51,027 bases of DNA. It comes from Pelomyxa schiedti (taxonomy: Eukaryota > Protista > Evosea). Below the pieces are notes generated by a model that saw nothing but the letters and a program-made list of their open reading frames with translations, searched no databases and was not told where the DNA came from. Shown here one piece after another: positions 1 to 13,563 of the stretch (the stretch's first letter is position 1; every line of letters begins with the position of its first letter). The stretch is taken from positions 1 to 51,027 of the forward strand of contig JAHLWZ010000617.1 in assembly GCA_020536535.1 (NCBI GenBank). Direction: 5' to 3'. A program made the position numbers and the translations under genes.

Positions 1-327
<327 letters not shown>

Positions 328-519
328 TTATAGTTTGTTGTGTCTGCTTGCGTTGTCTGTTCTTCGATGAAGAAATGAAAAATTTGTTGGTTCGACACTA
401 AAAAGCCCCGGCACCTAAAAAAGGAGCAATTGTACGGATATCTGAAATTAATTTAACTCCGACCTTTCTTCTGAAGCAGCAAGAACTCTAACTTGAACGA
501 AAACCAAGAGATTGTTGCA

Positions 520-2335
520 ATGAGCCTGAGGTTTGTAGGTACAACCTACAGAGGGGTGTCCCCAGTGTTTAAGACACTTTGGATGGTTCGCCAGCATACA
601 TGGGAGCTGAGTACCAGCTGCACTTGATGGTTACCATAACGAAAGGGCCTTTTTTTTTTCCCCTCTTTGTGGCGGGGTCTGTGTCGTGGATCTGGCACTG
701 TCGCTGTTGCTTGGGCAGTACTCCCTGGTTAACAAGGGAGCAGGGCCGGCACGTCACCGCTCACCGTTCGATGGGCATTGTGTATGCGCCACAAAGGAGA
801 AAAAAAAAGGATTCCTTCCGCTAAGAGTTGAAATGCGATAGGCCTACTGTTAGTCATGTGGGCTTATAAGTGCCACAAAAGCTGTGGAAACTTGCTGCCT
901 CTACTGCAACACAACTGTATAACAGCTTCCACGGCAGTAGGCCTGAAAGTTGATTTGTTGCGTGCAGTCAAGTCAAGTCAGCCGGGTCTCTCTGGCCAGC
1001 ACCGAGCCGCGTTCCCAGTCGAAAACACACACAAAGGTACACTCACTCTTGTCACAGATGGAACTGACTTTGATTTTAGGTTCCGGCAGATTGGGAGGCA
1101 GGGAGCACCACACTTGTTTGTTGTTCGAGTGAACCGTTCTCTGTTCTCTGCCTCCCCGAGATTGCGTTCGAGTCTGGAAGTGCTCCCTCAGGTATTTCTA
1201 TCCTCTTGCGCGGGAATATTCACAACTAACATATATCACTCTCAGGCATTTATTCCGCCTTGGGAGTTCACTTCTTTCCTGCCTGCCTGCTGAGAAGTGG
1301 TGGTTTGGTTTGGCCAGCACCACCCTGTCTCTTTTTATTGGGGAATTATTGTGAATTTCACCGTTCTGTTGTTGAGAGAAGGCTCAATTATATATATATG
1401 TGCCATGCTCTGTTTTTATTTCCGGAAGAAGGAGTGTTATTATACCCTTGCAGTGTGGTGAGAGAGAGTATGATATTCCTTGCAGAATTGCGGGGATGAT
1501 AAAACTTTTAAGAAAGTACAAGTACAATAACCCACTCCAGAGCCAACCATTTGACATCATTTGCTCACCATATGAGGGATATGCGGGAACAAGCGGGGGG
1601 GGGGGCTGCCTTCCACAAACCCGACTGCCCTTTTGAACCCATCGAGTGACCAAACTCTGGAATGGGAATCCAGAGGGAGACTTCCGGTTGAACATTCATT
1701 GCTCAGTGATGGAGACCCACCCTTTGCTGCTGAAAACACTTCCCACCTTGGAAGAATATTGGCCGGTGCACCACCCTCCTGACCCATCATTGGCTTCCGC
1801 TTCTTGCTGCTGCTGCTGCATCACAGTAACTTTAAACTCTCTTGCCGGTGCCTCCACCCCCCAAAACCATTCTCGCACACCACCAACAACTGTGAGAATG
1901 GGGAGGTTCCCACACCGGGGCAGCAGGAAGGGAAGCCGATACCGGGTCACATGGGAGCGGTGGTGTGAGACACTGAGCCGGGGGAACAGCCCCCAACAAA
2001 CACACATTGGGAGGGATGTGCGACAGCAAAGGGTACTACAATTCAGATTCACTGAGCCCGGAAGTCTCTTGGAAGCTGATGATGTGCATGTGTTCGATTG
2101 GCCTGTTGGTTGTGGAACTCAAGCCCCCCCACCCCCCCACCTTGAACTCCCCCAATCCCCTTTGGTTGTTTTTGGTGTTGTGTGGAAAGCAATGGAAGAA
2201 AAGTTGTTGGAAAGTAAAGCAAAAAAAAGTTTCTTTTTATTGCAAAAACTTGTTTTTTATGTCTCCGTGTTATTCAGGGTAAAAATGAAGTGGTGTTGGT
2301 TCCATAAAGGAGAAACCGTAGCACAATACAAATAA
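520..2335 (+). CDS. Multi-exon hypothetical protein, boundaries uncertain
   Basis: GT-AG introns with branch-like ACTGAC/ACTAAC (1037-1079, 1192-1245) join open frames (…SKTHTK|VPADWEAG…SAPSG|IYSALG…); terminal 229-codon ORF 1646-2335; no family recognised. Confidence 0.4.
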
Positions 2336-4099
2336 TCACAAGGGAGAACAGGGACACCATTAAAATTGCAGTGGTCGAGAGCCATTCCGATGGTGAATCT
2401 AGGAGCTGTGGGAGGAGCACAAATGAGTAAGTGAATCTGTGATGAGTGGGATTCGTACCACTTGGCGAGTTGCGTCCGGTAGCATTTGGGAAAACAACCG
2501 CAAGAGGTCCTCTGGCGGTGTTTTGTTGTCGTTGTCGTTGTCGTTGTGCAGAAGCCATTGCACTGCCTGGAGGAATTAGTATACTGCATTAGTGGAGGAG
2601 CAATCACCTCCAAACTTCGAGAAGTGGAATTGAGTGCTTGGTTGTATTTCAAGTAGCCTTCTTTAAGCTGGAATATAGCTTCGCCAAGGTCCTCTGCCGC
2701 AGAGCTGTTCCGAGACATGAAGACTAAACAGAAAAAGGAAATCACGTACAGAGTGCGGGTTGTTAATGGGTGCAGTGGTCTCAAGTCATTTGCAAAGTCG
2801 GCATGCACGGAGGAGTAAATGCGTTCCAAGTCGTGGGAAATGAAAGAATTGCCAGGTGACTCCTGGCTGAGATCAAAGTCACGGACTGTGATATCAAGAA
2901 GGTCATGGCTATCTGTAGTATGGTTGCATAAGCTAGTAACAATTAATGGACTTACGAACCGGAAAACTCTTCTGTTGAAGATGTGAATCCAAAATATGGT
3001 GTGGCAGGTAGATCGATGTTATTTACTCGAAAGCATGTTGTCATAAAGCTTCCAGGTTGAAATTTGTAACCAACCTACTGCATACTTTTCATCAATAAGA
3101 ATTGGGTACGAAGCATACTGTCAAAATTTTGGATTGGTACTGGACTATTACAGTTGTTGGATTGGGCAAATTTCTCATTCTAACAGAACACCCATCAAGT
3201 TCACCCACTTGAATGTGAGAATTTTCACGGGTATTAGCCCTGGCTTGTAGTTTAGTTGCAGTTGAGAGACATAAGTTGCATACGTGTGATTATGGTGTTC
3301 TCGGCTAAAACTAAAGGATCCATCATTCTGTGTAAAATGGGGAAGTGATTAGGAGAACTGATTTGAGAGTAGATATGGATAAGATGATATTCACACTTTT
3401 AATCCAAAAATCCATGGGTGGGTCCCCTGCATTTTATCAAATTACGCTACACGCGAAGTGGGGAGCAGCTAACTGTTTTATCACCATCGTATGTGTCAAT
3501 CAATACTCCAACACCAGAAAAAAGAGCAACGTTCCCAATTAAGGGACCTGTAAAGGTTTTAGAGAAAATGTAATCGTGCATTTACTACCTGTTTGCTGCG
3601 GTTTTTCTTGAACACACCAAAATGCAAGGCCACCTGCACCAGACTTTGTGGTTCCCTGAATGCGAAAGTCAAACACCACTTCCCAGTCACCAATGGCAGT
3701 TTCCTGCATAAGTTCATCTTTGAGTGAGCAATGGAGTTGGCTAGAGGAAAATAACGCACGGTTTTAGTCCACAAGGCCCCAGCAGTATCTTTCTTGGCTG
3801 GAGTCAATCGAATGAAGTGCTTCAACAAAGTAAGACTCCTCGCAATGTAAACAATTACTTAGAGCAGTACTTCGTGAATCGATGCATCTCCAATCAGCTC
3901 CCACTTCGACAACGAGAAACTTCAAGAAGGGTGGGGAAAAAAAAAACCTCTCAGCACAACCAAGAGGAAAAAAAACCCCAAGAATAAACAGAGGAAGCTA
4001 CTCATGAAGGGAGTATGCACTAGACAACGAGGCATCGACCCACGAGATCCACTTGAGGCAAACACAAACAACCACTACCACCCACCCCCGTGACCTCAT
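2274..4099 (-). CDS. L-type (legume-like) lectin cargo receptor, ERGIC-53/VIP36/Emp47 family, type I membrane protein
   Basis: Signal peptide MRSRGWVVVVVCVCL; spliced motifs WELIGDASI, FIRLTP..GALW, DWEVVFDFRIQG, GAGGLAFW, GPLIGNVALFSGVGVLIDTYD, HPWIFGLK|NDGS; C-terminal TM AILMVSLFSLVIICIVL and short tail ending FLP. Confidence 0.8.
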
Positions 4100-4354
4100 C
4101 ACCACCCACTTTAACTAGTTAATAGGGAAAAAAGAAACACTTTGATGGCCATGTTCCAACTTGGGGTCATGGCATCCGGATTGAGGTTTTTGCATGGCAT
4201 GTGCGCAGGCAAAACATTCAAGGGAATGGAGGGCTGAGAGAGGCCAAGGAAAAAAAGGTGCCAGCACAATCCGAAAAAAAAACGAAAAGGTAGAATCTCG
4301 GTTATCAGTTTTGGAGAACTGAGATTGTTTGTTTCTTCTTTTTAATAGAAGGAG

Positions 4355-7226
4355 ATGAGCACCACTACGACCAGTACCAGTACCACCGCATCTGCGTCGA
4401 CAACGTCTACTAGTGCTGCTAAATCTCTGGATGTAGCGATCCTCGGTTTGTTTGAGTTTCCTATTACTAGTTCTCCATTTCCTTTCTCCTTTATGAGGCA
4501 CTTTAATACCGTGACTTTTTGTTCTTTCTCAATCTTTCCTCTTTTTTGTTTTTTTTCGTAAGGTCCCTCGAGATCGGGGAAAAGCACTTTGGTGCGAGCC
4601 ATTCAGTTGTGCAACTCTGGCAGCACTGCTCCTTCAAAGGAGCACGTGCAACTGGTTCTTCGTACTGCTCAGGATACTGTGGTGGGACTTGCAAGGGTAT
4701 CTTGAGTGATTAATTACTGTGGCCTAACCCGTTTTGTTCTTTGTATAGATGTCTCACCACAGGTATGGGAAATTTACATCCCCAGAAGCCCAGGTTTGAG
4801 ATGTAAAAGGTTTCGCTTTGGAATTTTGTTTTTACTCCCACAAAGGCTGCATATGAAGCAGTAACGCAGTTAGGCCCAGGTGCATCAGCCAATAGCCGGT
4901 TATTTTTTCTCTTTGCTTCGATCGTGCCTAATGGTCACAGTGATTTGATTTGTATTCTAGAAGATAAAAATGTCAAGGCATTGCTTTCACGACATCCAGA
5001 GATCATTGAAAATAATAAAGTTGTTCAACAGTATGGCTTTGCTCTAAGTTATGAAGTTTTAATTCCTTATTCTAGCTATGTTGCACTTGTTGCTACAATG
5101 CCACCTAATTTTACTCCTTCAAAAATGGATATCCTTTATGCTTATGACCAAAAGGAACAACCAGAACCCTACAACCACACGAATTCTGGAGTTTCTGTGA
5201 AGTAAACTCCTTTGTTATCATGTCTTCACCTAAACAATGAAGCTTTCACACCCTGGCTGCAAATCATTTCACTGGCTATTCTGCATCTCGAGTGTATAAT
5301 GCCGCCATTCTTACCATTCCACTTGAAGATTTTCTTTCTGTACATGTCACCGAACCAGAGCCATGTTGGTTCCCCGCAGTTGCAGCAAATCAATCTGTTT
5401 CTCTAAGATCAAATAAACATCACCATAGCGGCAGTAAACACAAGCATCACCACGATGATGAATCTCCACCACCTACCCCTCCCACCTCGGCAGCTGCGCC
5501 CCCAACTACTGCCCCAATACCGTTATGCTTGAAGGCATTTGAAAGCTTGTGTCAACATGAGCATTTCCGCAAAACCACCCTAGTTTTCCTTATCCTTTCA
5601 CACATGGATTTATTTTCTGGATTGATGTCTCCAGAGAAGGTTCACGCTTCTCTTCCAGATTATACAGGTTTTCCCAAAAACACAAAAAGAGTGAGTTATA
5701 AGGGAAAAAGGCCCAATTGAGGTGAAGGACGTATTGAACTTTATCAGTCGAAAGTTCCAGGAGATAAAAGACCGCTTAGCTGCACCTTTCAAGGTATACA
5801 AGGGCATATGTGCCAATCTTATACCTTTTTCCCATCAGATACAAATTGTCACTGAGTCTCTGATTGATATGCAAGAGGCCTCACTAAGTTCTCTCCTACA
5901 AACTATTGTCCAATTAGCACAGGTCGTTGTTACTGATGTTAACACATTTTTAACTGTCAATAGCCACCCCCATCTTCATCTCCCACTCCAGTAACGCCTA
6001 CGGTAAAAGTATCAACTTCCGCTTCTCCGTCTCAAAGTACGGCACTTTCACCCAAACCAACTGGTCCTGTTCCACAACCACCAACCCAAGTACAAACTCC
6101 ACCACCTCCCAGGCCAGTCATAAACGAAACAAAGAAGTTAACAGCCAAGGTTAAAGACGTCAAAAAATTCCCGTTTAATTGAATTCACAGGGTTATGTAT
6201 TCGCACAAATTGGCCGACGACCAACAATGGAAGATGAACATGTTTTGAACGATACAGTTAAGGGCAAGTGGAAGGACAAGTTGTATAGCCCACATGTGCC
6301 ATTTCCTAATCAGAAATCATAAAGAGTTGGATATTATGCGATTTTTGATGGGCACGCTGGAAAACAATGTGCAGAAATTGCAGCCAAGATGCTTCACACA
6401 CATCTTTTTAAAAATCCCTTATTCCTCAAGGGTAATATAGAAGACAGTATTAAAGCAGCGTATGCAGCTACAGAAGAGGTATACTTCAGCCTCAACAAAC
6501 ACTCACATAAAAACAGGCATGCATCAAAGATGGGGGAAAGAGCGGGTGTACAGCTGTCACTTGTGTTCTCTCGGGCAGAACTCTTTTTGTGGCTAACCTG
6601 GGAGATTCGGAGTGCGTTCTAGGGAGAAAAGAAGGGCCCGGCTCATACCGAGTTTGTAACTTGTACTATAAATGAGTTCTCAACACAAATCAAACAGGCA
6701 GAACTTCTCTCCAAAAAGCATTCACCAAGTGACCCGATTGAAACAGCAAGAATTAAGGCAGCAGGAGGTGCAGTTCTAAATGGGCGGATATTTGGTCTCA
6801 TTGCAGTGGCCCGATCCCTGGGAGATAAAGAATACAAGGCCTGACTGTGTGTTAAGCAACGTGAATAACTCTGTATCTTAGGAGGAAGGCCATGCGTTCA
6901 TTTCCAGCCTGCCCCACATAATGCAGAGGCCTCTGTGTAGAGATGACACATTTATGCTAATGGCATGTGACGGGTATGCTATTCCACCTGCTTTTCCTTG
7001 AACTCAACATGGACTAGTTTGTGGGACAAGTGGAGCTACCAAGATGCCATCAACTTTGTTGGTGCCGGTCTTGATGCCAAGAAGCCTGTAATATTTTTCT
7101 TCCACTTTAGCTCACTTAATCCATGCACAGCCAGCAGAAATAGCAAAGACCATCAATGACCAAGCCATAGAAAGGGGCTCTGATGACAATGTCTCAGTGC
7201 TTCTTGTTATTTTTAACTGGACTTGA
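4355..7226 (+). CDS. spnA: Spalten-like protein: degenerate G-alpha-like domain + Pro/Thr linker + PP2C phosphatase
   Basis: Intron 4446-4562 creates P-loop VAILGPSRSGKSTLV; G-alpha-like FTPSKMDIL, AAILTIPLEDF, FESLCQHEHFRKTTLVFLILSHMDLF, LPDYTG; PP2C motifs GRRPTMED, IFDGHAG, VANLGDS, VARSLGD, MACDG|LWD, GSDDNVS. Confidence 0.85.
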
Positions 7227-7338
7227 GGCTCCCAAACACTTGCATCCCAAAAACCAAGAAGGAGTAAAAAAAAAAACTCTTGTTTCTTTTTTCCTTTTTC
7301 CAAACACTGGCAACCAACTGGAAATGAAATGCCGAGCA

Positions 7339-8753
7339 TCATAGCTGAGTGACTTCGATTGCCTCTGCAGGCACAGAAGGGAGTACTGTGAGTTTTTCTG
7401 GCAATGCCGGGAAAGCCCAAGGTATGGCCTCTGAATATGGCTTCTTGAGTACTGCTGAGAGCACACCAATTGCGCGGTACGATGACAGGAACAGCCACAG
7501 CAGAGTCAGAGCAGTGCCGAGAATCGGGGGCACTTTGCGCTTCTTTTGAAGCGGCGAGGCAGCGGCCGAGTCCGTGGCGTGGTCGCCCAGGATGACAATC
7601 TCCATGGCTACGGCACAGAACTGGAGAATGAGGAAGACAAAGAAATCGCCAAGCCCTTGGTCAATGAACGAGCGGCGAAGCTGGACGAGCATAACATATT
7701 CGTGCATCAGCCCATTCAAGAAGAACGTGAGTGCTATGCCACAAAGGACCTTTGGGGTGAAAGTACTTATGTTAAAGAAAGGGTGCCTGTTGAAAACTAC
7801 ATACGCCTCCGAGTCCAGCTTGCTTTCCACCAAGCTGTCGTCGAACAGGAGTGAAAATGTGGCGGTGTGCAAATGATCTGAAAACAAGGTTCCATTTTCT
7901 TGTCCAGAACTCCTTAGGAGTACGAGAACAAAGTGGGTAATTGAAGGGTGTCTGAATCCGATAGCCCGTTGTTATTCTCATGATGGCTGCAGGAGTTCAG
8001 AACACAAAGATTATACTGGAACTGTACCAAGCAACAGAGAGTACATTGCCGGTACCATGCAAACAACAAAGGTACTCCACCAAATTCTGGACATCCAAGT
8101 TGTTTCCTCCAGAGTAGGGAAAAAGTGATGAATGGTCAAGAGACCAATGATAAACGAAAAGTTCACTGGGACGTCCTTGTGTAAGGTAAGTTTAGTTGAC
8201 ACTGGGGTTTGAAATTAAAAAATGGTTTGTACAAAAAGTAGGGTGACAATTCCGTGCCTCCTGTTCTTGCTTTTTTCCTCCGCGTTGATAGGCAGGGAAG
8301 TGTCTGGGAGGAACAAAAACAGCAACCTTGAAATAAGCAATTTAGTAATGTGCGGATAATTCTTTGGTGTTACCCACTTGTTTAGCACACCACTGCTCAG
8401 CATTGTGGGATCAGGAACCCTGCAAAAGGCAATATCCATCGCCCTGAACATTACAGGTAGAACAGTAACAGCCCACTGGAACCCCTTTTCAGCCTCTAAT
8501 AACACATTAAAATTCAAACTACAAGCAAACCAAAGTGTTGTCTCAAAGCAAAAAAGGTGGCAAAAACAATTCAAAAATAAAAAACAATAAGACCCATAAT
8601 CACACCGCACAGAAAAGGTATCAGCAGGAGCACAACGACCGCCGGCAACAGAGCAAGCGTTGCATCAGACGTAGCCCCGAATTTAGTGGAATACCGAGGC
8701 AGCACCCACAACACGTACACGATGCTCCCAACAAACAATGCCCCTTCCAACAT
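7339..8753 (-). CDS. MBOAT-family O-acyltransferase (wax synthase-like)
   Basis: Multiple TM segments; PFNYPLCSRTPKEFWTRKWNLVFSDHL and TFFLNGLMHEY (catalytic His) motifs. Confidence 0.85.
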
Positions 8754-9138
8754 TCCGCCCAGCCTGTAGTTTTTGTTTTTTGTGCGAATCTTGCAGATTC
8801 CTGGTGCGGGCTAATCGTTTCTTCCACGACGAAGGGACCGGATTGTGGTGAGCAGGTCCTCCCGCTTGGGTGGCGCTCAAGGCCTCTGGGAGCGGAAGTC
8901 GACTTTCCCGATCTGCACCTAAGATCTATTGCCTAATTGTATTTGTGTGCACGTCAGGTTTGTTTGGGGGGTGCGTCGGTCCGGAAGGGGAGGAAAGGAA
9001 AGGAGTGGCAACACACGAACTTACAAATTCACTTGCTCGCCCCAAGGTCACCAAACCGCGGGCACAACAAGCGTTGTGACTCGAGTTCCCTTTGTCGTCG
9101 ATCTTGAAGTTTTTTGAACGCGCGTGATAAGCAGAGGA

Positions 9139-12100
9139 ATGGCAGCGGTGTCGCACCACAGCCTCAGCAAGAGTACCCACCTGCAACAGATGCTGCAGCA
9201 GCAAGCAGCAACGACCGAGCTGCTGCCGACTGCCGCCAGGCACCAACCGTCAGACCCGGCTGCTGTTGGGCCGGCGCCGGCTCCCCTGGCGCCCCCCTCT
9301 CGGGCCCCCGCGGCGGCCAGCAGCACGGGCACCACGGCGGCGGCGGGGGCCATGACGCTGCCCCCTGGGTCGTGGAGCGCCTCGTCGACGGCGGCGGCGC
9401 GCGCGGCGGCGATGGCGGCCGAGGCGGCCGTGGACGACAGCAAGCAGGGGGGCAAGAGGACGGTGCTGGGAGGGGGGTACGTGTCGCTGCTGGGGTCGCT
9501 GGCTGACTCCCCAGAGTCCAGGGGTACCCTGGCCGATGCAACTGAGGCAAGCTTTCGATTGCTTGCCTTGCTTCTTTCTTTTTCCTACTATGCTTTTTTT
9601 TTTTTTTTTGTTGTTGTTGTTTTTCCCTGTGTTGGGTAAATCTGTTGTATTTTATTTGGATAAATGGTTTTTTTTATCTTATCATTTATTTATTTTCAAC
9701 ACATTTCTTGGTATTAAACTTATGGTTTTTTTTATTGACTGTTGCAACAAGGTTTTGGTTTGGTGACTATTCACACATTTTAATGCTGGATGTAGGATGT
9801 AATTACTACTTGCAATAAAATTGCTGAGCTTGAGAAATTACTGAAGCTTCAGCGTGCTGCTGGGCAAGGTTGGATCTTTAACCCCTTTTAGGCTATAACA
9901 AGTCCCTTAGAGTACATAAACTGTTCAAGGCAACTGAGTAGATACATTCCAACAATTATCCCAAATGATGACAGTGATGCAAGTGTGTTGTTCCCTACTG
10001 TAACAACCTCCGAATTCCTGTAGAGAAGCTGATTGAAGATGCTGCTGTGATTCTCACCCTTATCGAAGAAGAAAGAGAAACTCTTGTTCAAGCAGTTGAC
10101 ATGTATTTAGGAGCGCCATTACAAAGATTGCTTGATTCTGAATTTAAATCCGTTCAAGTAATTCCAATTTCTGTGTTTTAGAGTCACCCAAAGTTCTTAG
10201 CGGTGCTCCAAAGAGTTCCTCAAGACTACTGAACTGGTAGAATATAGCACAGCAAAATTCAGTCAAGTAAAAAAAACGAAGCCAAGAACTTGTGAGGTCT
10301 GGTACGTAATTGTGCTCACTGGTAACTGAGCAACTGCAGGAACAAGAAGTAATTGAAAGCAAGAAGCACCATAAAGAAGCAGCACTCAATCTAGCTGCTT
10401 CCATCAACACTTCCAAAGTATTCCTCAATTGTCTTTGTTCATATTATAACTCATCTTAGCGTCACTTGCGACTTCAATTATTGGAAGGAGTACAGGGATA
10501 TGTTCAGTTGCACCAAATGTTTCTTCGAGCAGGTTACAACTTTCATTTACATTGCTCTCTAATTCAAATATTCCAGCTGCTGCTACTTTTGATGACCAGG
10601 AAGCTGAGCTTCAAAACATTGTTTCCAGCGTATCACTTCTTAGGGCTGCAGCTAAATTGGAAGACGAGGACGACCAAACTCTTTATGAAAATCTGGTCAA
10701 GGTAGTCGAGATATGATATTATGCTTGGTTGGGTAGTCTAACCAAATGAAGAAAGACTTGCTTCTCTTCCCAGCTGTAAAACAAGAATGTAATGAAATAG
10801 AAGGGTCCGCCAGCTTATGGATCGATGTTTGGGCACTGATTTCAATAGGTACCTCTTCAAGTGCACTGTTCGAAGTGTGGTAAGTTCATGGAACCGCACC
10901 TACTGCCGAATTCAAGGGGGGAGATTCTATTATTACCCACAAAAGGTTGAAGTCTTTCATTGGTATCAAACTAACAGCATCAGTCTCGTCAACCAAATTT
11001 TATTGCGATAATGTTAACTACTGTACGTCTTCGAGAGGAGCTTGACCGGCAGTATTGTTTTGAAATCATATCTCCAAGTGAGACACTTGTTCTGCAGGTT
11101 CACCTCCGAAGCCTCAACTAGTTTTAAAGCTTTTCTCTCCCAGGCAGAGACTGTTGAGATAAGAGATGCGTGGATTTCTATTATAAATAGTAGTCGGTAT
11201 TAGTCCTCTTTCAATTTTACCTTGAACCAATTTCTTTCTTTTCCAGAATGTCACTCCTTATGACCACAGAGACTAGTTCTACCCCACCAAAACTCGCACT
11301 CTTGCAGGAGCTTTTCCCCGCTAACAAGAGATGCGCCGACTGTGGTGCCCCAAGTAAGGTTAAATCACAAGGAGAAGTCACTGACTTTTTGATCACACAG
11401 ACCCAGAGTGGGCATCCCTGAATCTTGGTGTTCTCATTTGTATCCAATGCTCTGGTGAGTGCAGCTTCCACTTATCAAATACCCTTATTTTGGCATCACA
11501 GGAGCACACCGTAGACTTGGTGTTCATGTATCAAAAGTGAGGTCCCTGTCATTAGATAATATGGAGCCTGGCTACATTCTTGTATGTCAATGAGGTACAA
11601 TGTTTTCTGTAATTCCTAGTTACCTTAGAAATAGGCCTTGGCAGCAATAGGAAACGAACAAGCTAACAGAGTGTGGCAACCAATATTGCCCCCCGACACA
11701 ATGCCTCCAGCTGATGAAAGGTAATACAGTGATAATTTTTCTGTTGTGATATGTCTCTACAGTGGATTGCAGAAGTGGATTGAAAGGAAATATCAACACA
11801 AAGAATTCATATGCCCTTCAGATAAAACATTAGATGAGCATAACCAGGTTATTAGTTGGTATATCACGCACCTTGAAAGTGTAAAGTTTTAAAGTAAACG
11901 GTTGATGGTTAATTTGGAGGGAAACAATTGTTCAATCAAGTAAAAAAAATAAAATAAACTTTTTATAGGGGTTGCTTGAGGCCCTAACTCGTGGGGATAT
12001 TCTTCACATGCTTTATCATATTGCACACGGTGCTAATGTGGATATGAAATTCCCGCCTAACAACCAGTAACTTCTGTTCCCACTGTTGCTACTAATTTTT

Positions 12101-13333
12101 ATCTCAGGACTCCGCTTATTCATGCTGTAATTAAGCATATTCTACCTGCTGCTGGTCTCTTAATTGCATTCAGCTGCAACCTGGATATGTACGCTTTATC
12201 TATGGGGTTTTATACTATTTTTTGCCATTAGAGTAGATGACCAGAACCGGACAGCATTGCACTATGCTGTGGAACAAAATTCCCAAGACCTGGTGCTCAT
12301 CCTCCTTAGGTATGCTTAATTGTAGACTGTAACTCACTCTTTGAAAGGGCCGGTGCAACCCCGACTATTGTAGACTGTAATGGAGAGACACCTTTGAAAA
12401 CAGCAATGCGGTTGGAACTGGCCACCCCAATAACGACTTTGAGGTTTACATGTGTAGTAGATTGCAGTTGTGTGACCATAACATAGAATGTTCTCCCTTG
12501 CAAAAAGCGAGCAAACACATGATGTGATAACCAGCTTTGAGGACCAATTCCACGCCCTCGAGATAATCACACCAGAGCAACTCGACTTGGAGATGCGGAA
12601 AGTTTCAACTACATCCACACCTCTTCCTGAAGTCCCACCAAACGCGATGTGGACGCCACTTGCCGTAACCCCTACGCCGCCGGCAACCACCGAACTTGTG
12701 GACAGCTCCGAATTCCTGGTTCTGTCTCCAACCGCAGCCGAAATCGAAGTTCACGAAACCCTCGAAACTAAGGCGCGGTCCAATAGCAGCACATCCAACA
12801 TAGAACCTCACGCATCTCTCCCGCAACCTGAAGAGGATAAACCCCAACTTGAACCCGAACCTCCAGCTTCATCAAACCCCCTGTCCCCATCATTACCACC
12901 AGAACACCCACCACCCACATCGACATCGTCCACGCCAGCATCAACATCAGCTTCTTCAGTCTCCACCCCCGCCCGCAAGGCCTCCGCATCTGCCTCGACC
13001 CCAGCAACACCAACATCCACACCAGCAAGTTCATCATCAGAAACCCCCAAAACAACACCAACACCAACAGGAACAACAACAGCAGCAGCAGCAGCCACCT
13101 GGGGGGCATCGTCGCCAGGGGGAGACAGGCTAGGGGGCAGGAAGGGCAGCTTCCTGGGCGGCGGCCTCGCCACCATCACGGCCGCCGCGGCCGCCGCCGC
13201 CAGCGGGGGCGTGGGAGTCACGTCGTCGATCGCCCACACGATCAAGAACTTTGGCGACTTTGAGGGCCGCAGGGCCGCGAAGCAGTCCTCGTCGACGTCG
13301 CTCAGAACACCGCCGCCTGCCAACAACCCGTAA
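9139..13333 (+). CDS. ACAP/centaurin-beta-like ArfGAP (BAR-PH-ArfGAP-ankyrin, low-complexity tail)
   Basis: DSPESR N-terminal motif; PH YLFK..SSWNRTYC, CFEIISP; ArfGAP CADCGAP|..WASLNLGVLICIQCSG|AHRRLGVHVSKVRSL; ankyrin RTALHYA, GETPL; first intron 9547-9797 is GC-AG. Confidence 0.92.
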
Positions 13334-13563
13334 AGCCAGAAAGACCCCCCCCCCCCCCCCCCCAGGCCCAAGTGCCCCGAATTAGAACCTAATAAGATTC
13401 TATCCTATTGTACAATCAACCCAACCTAAAAAAAAGTCAGTTAAAGGGGGCACAAGGGCCCAAACACAACACAGTAGGATCTGACTACAGCAGCAGTAGT
13501 GAACAAATACCAGGGTGTTGTTTGTTGGGTGTGTGCGTTGACAGTGTAATCACCACGTATAAA

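Noticed and set aside
520-2150. Many short hairpins suggesting a long structured ncRNA (e.g. 11-bp stem ~1867-1901, RNase P-like ACAATTCAGA)
   Set aside because: Canonical introns join open frames here, and no complete RNase P, SRP or snRNA motif set was found.
3345-3570. Possible second inversion (+ strand ORF with intron-like signals inside the lectin gene)
   Set aside because: The minus strand splices cleanly into conserved L-lectin motifs.
9048-9550. Long overlapping and antisense ORFs in GC-rich patches (also 12768-13371, 24041-24678, 25503-26042)
   Set aside because: Expected shadows of GC-rich, low-complexity coding DNA.
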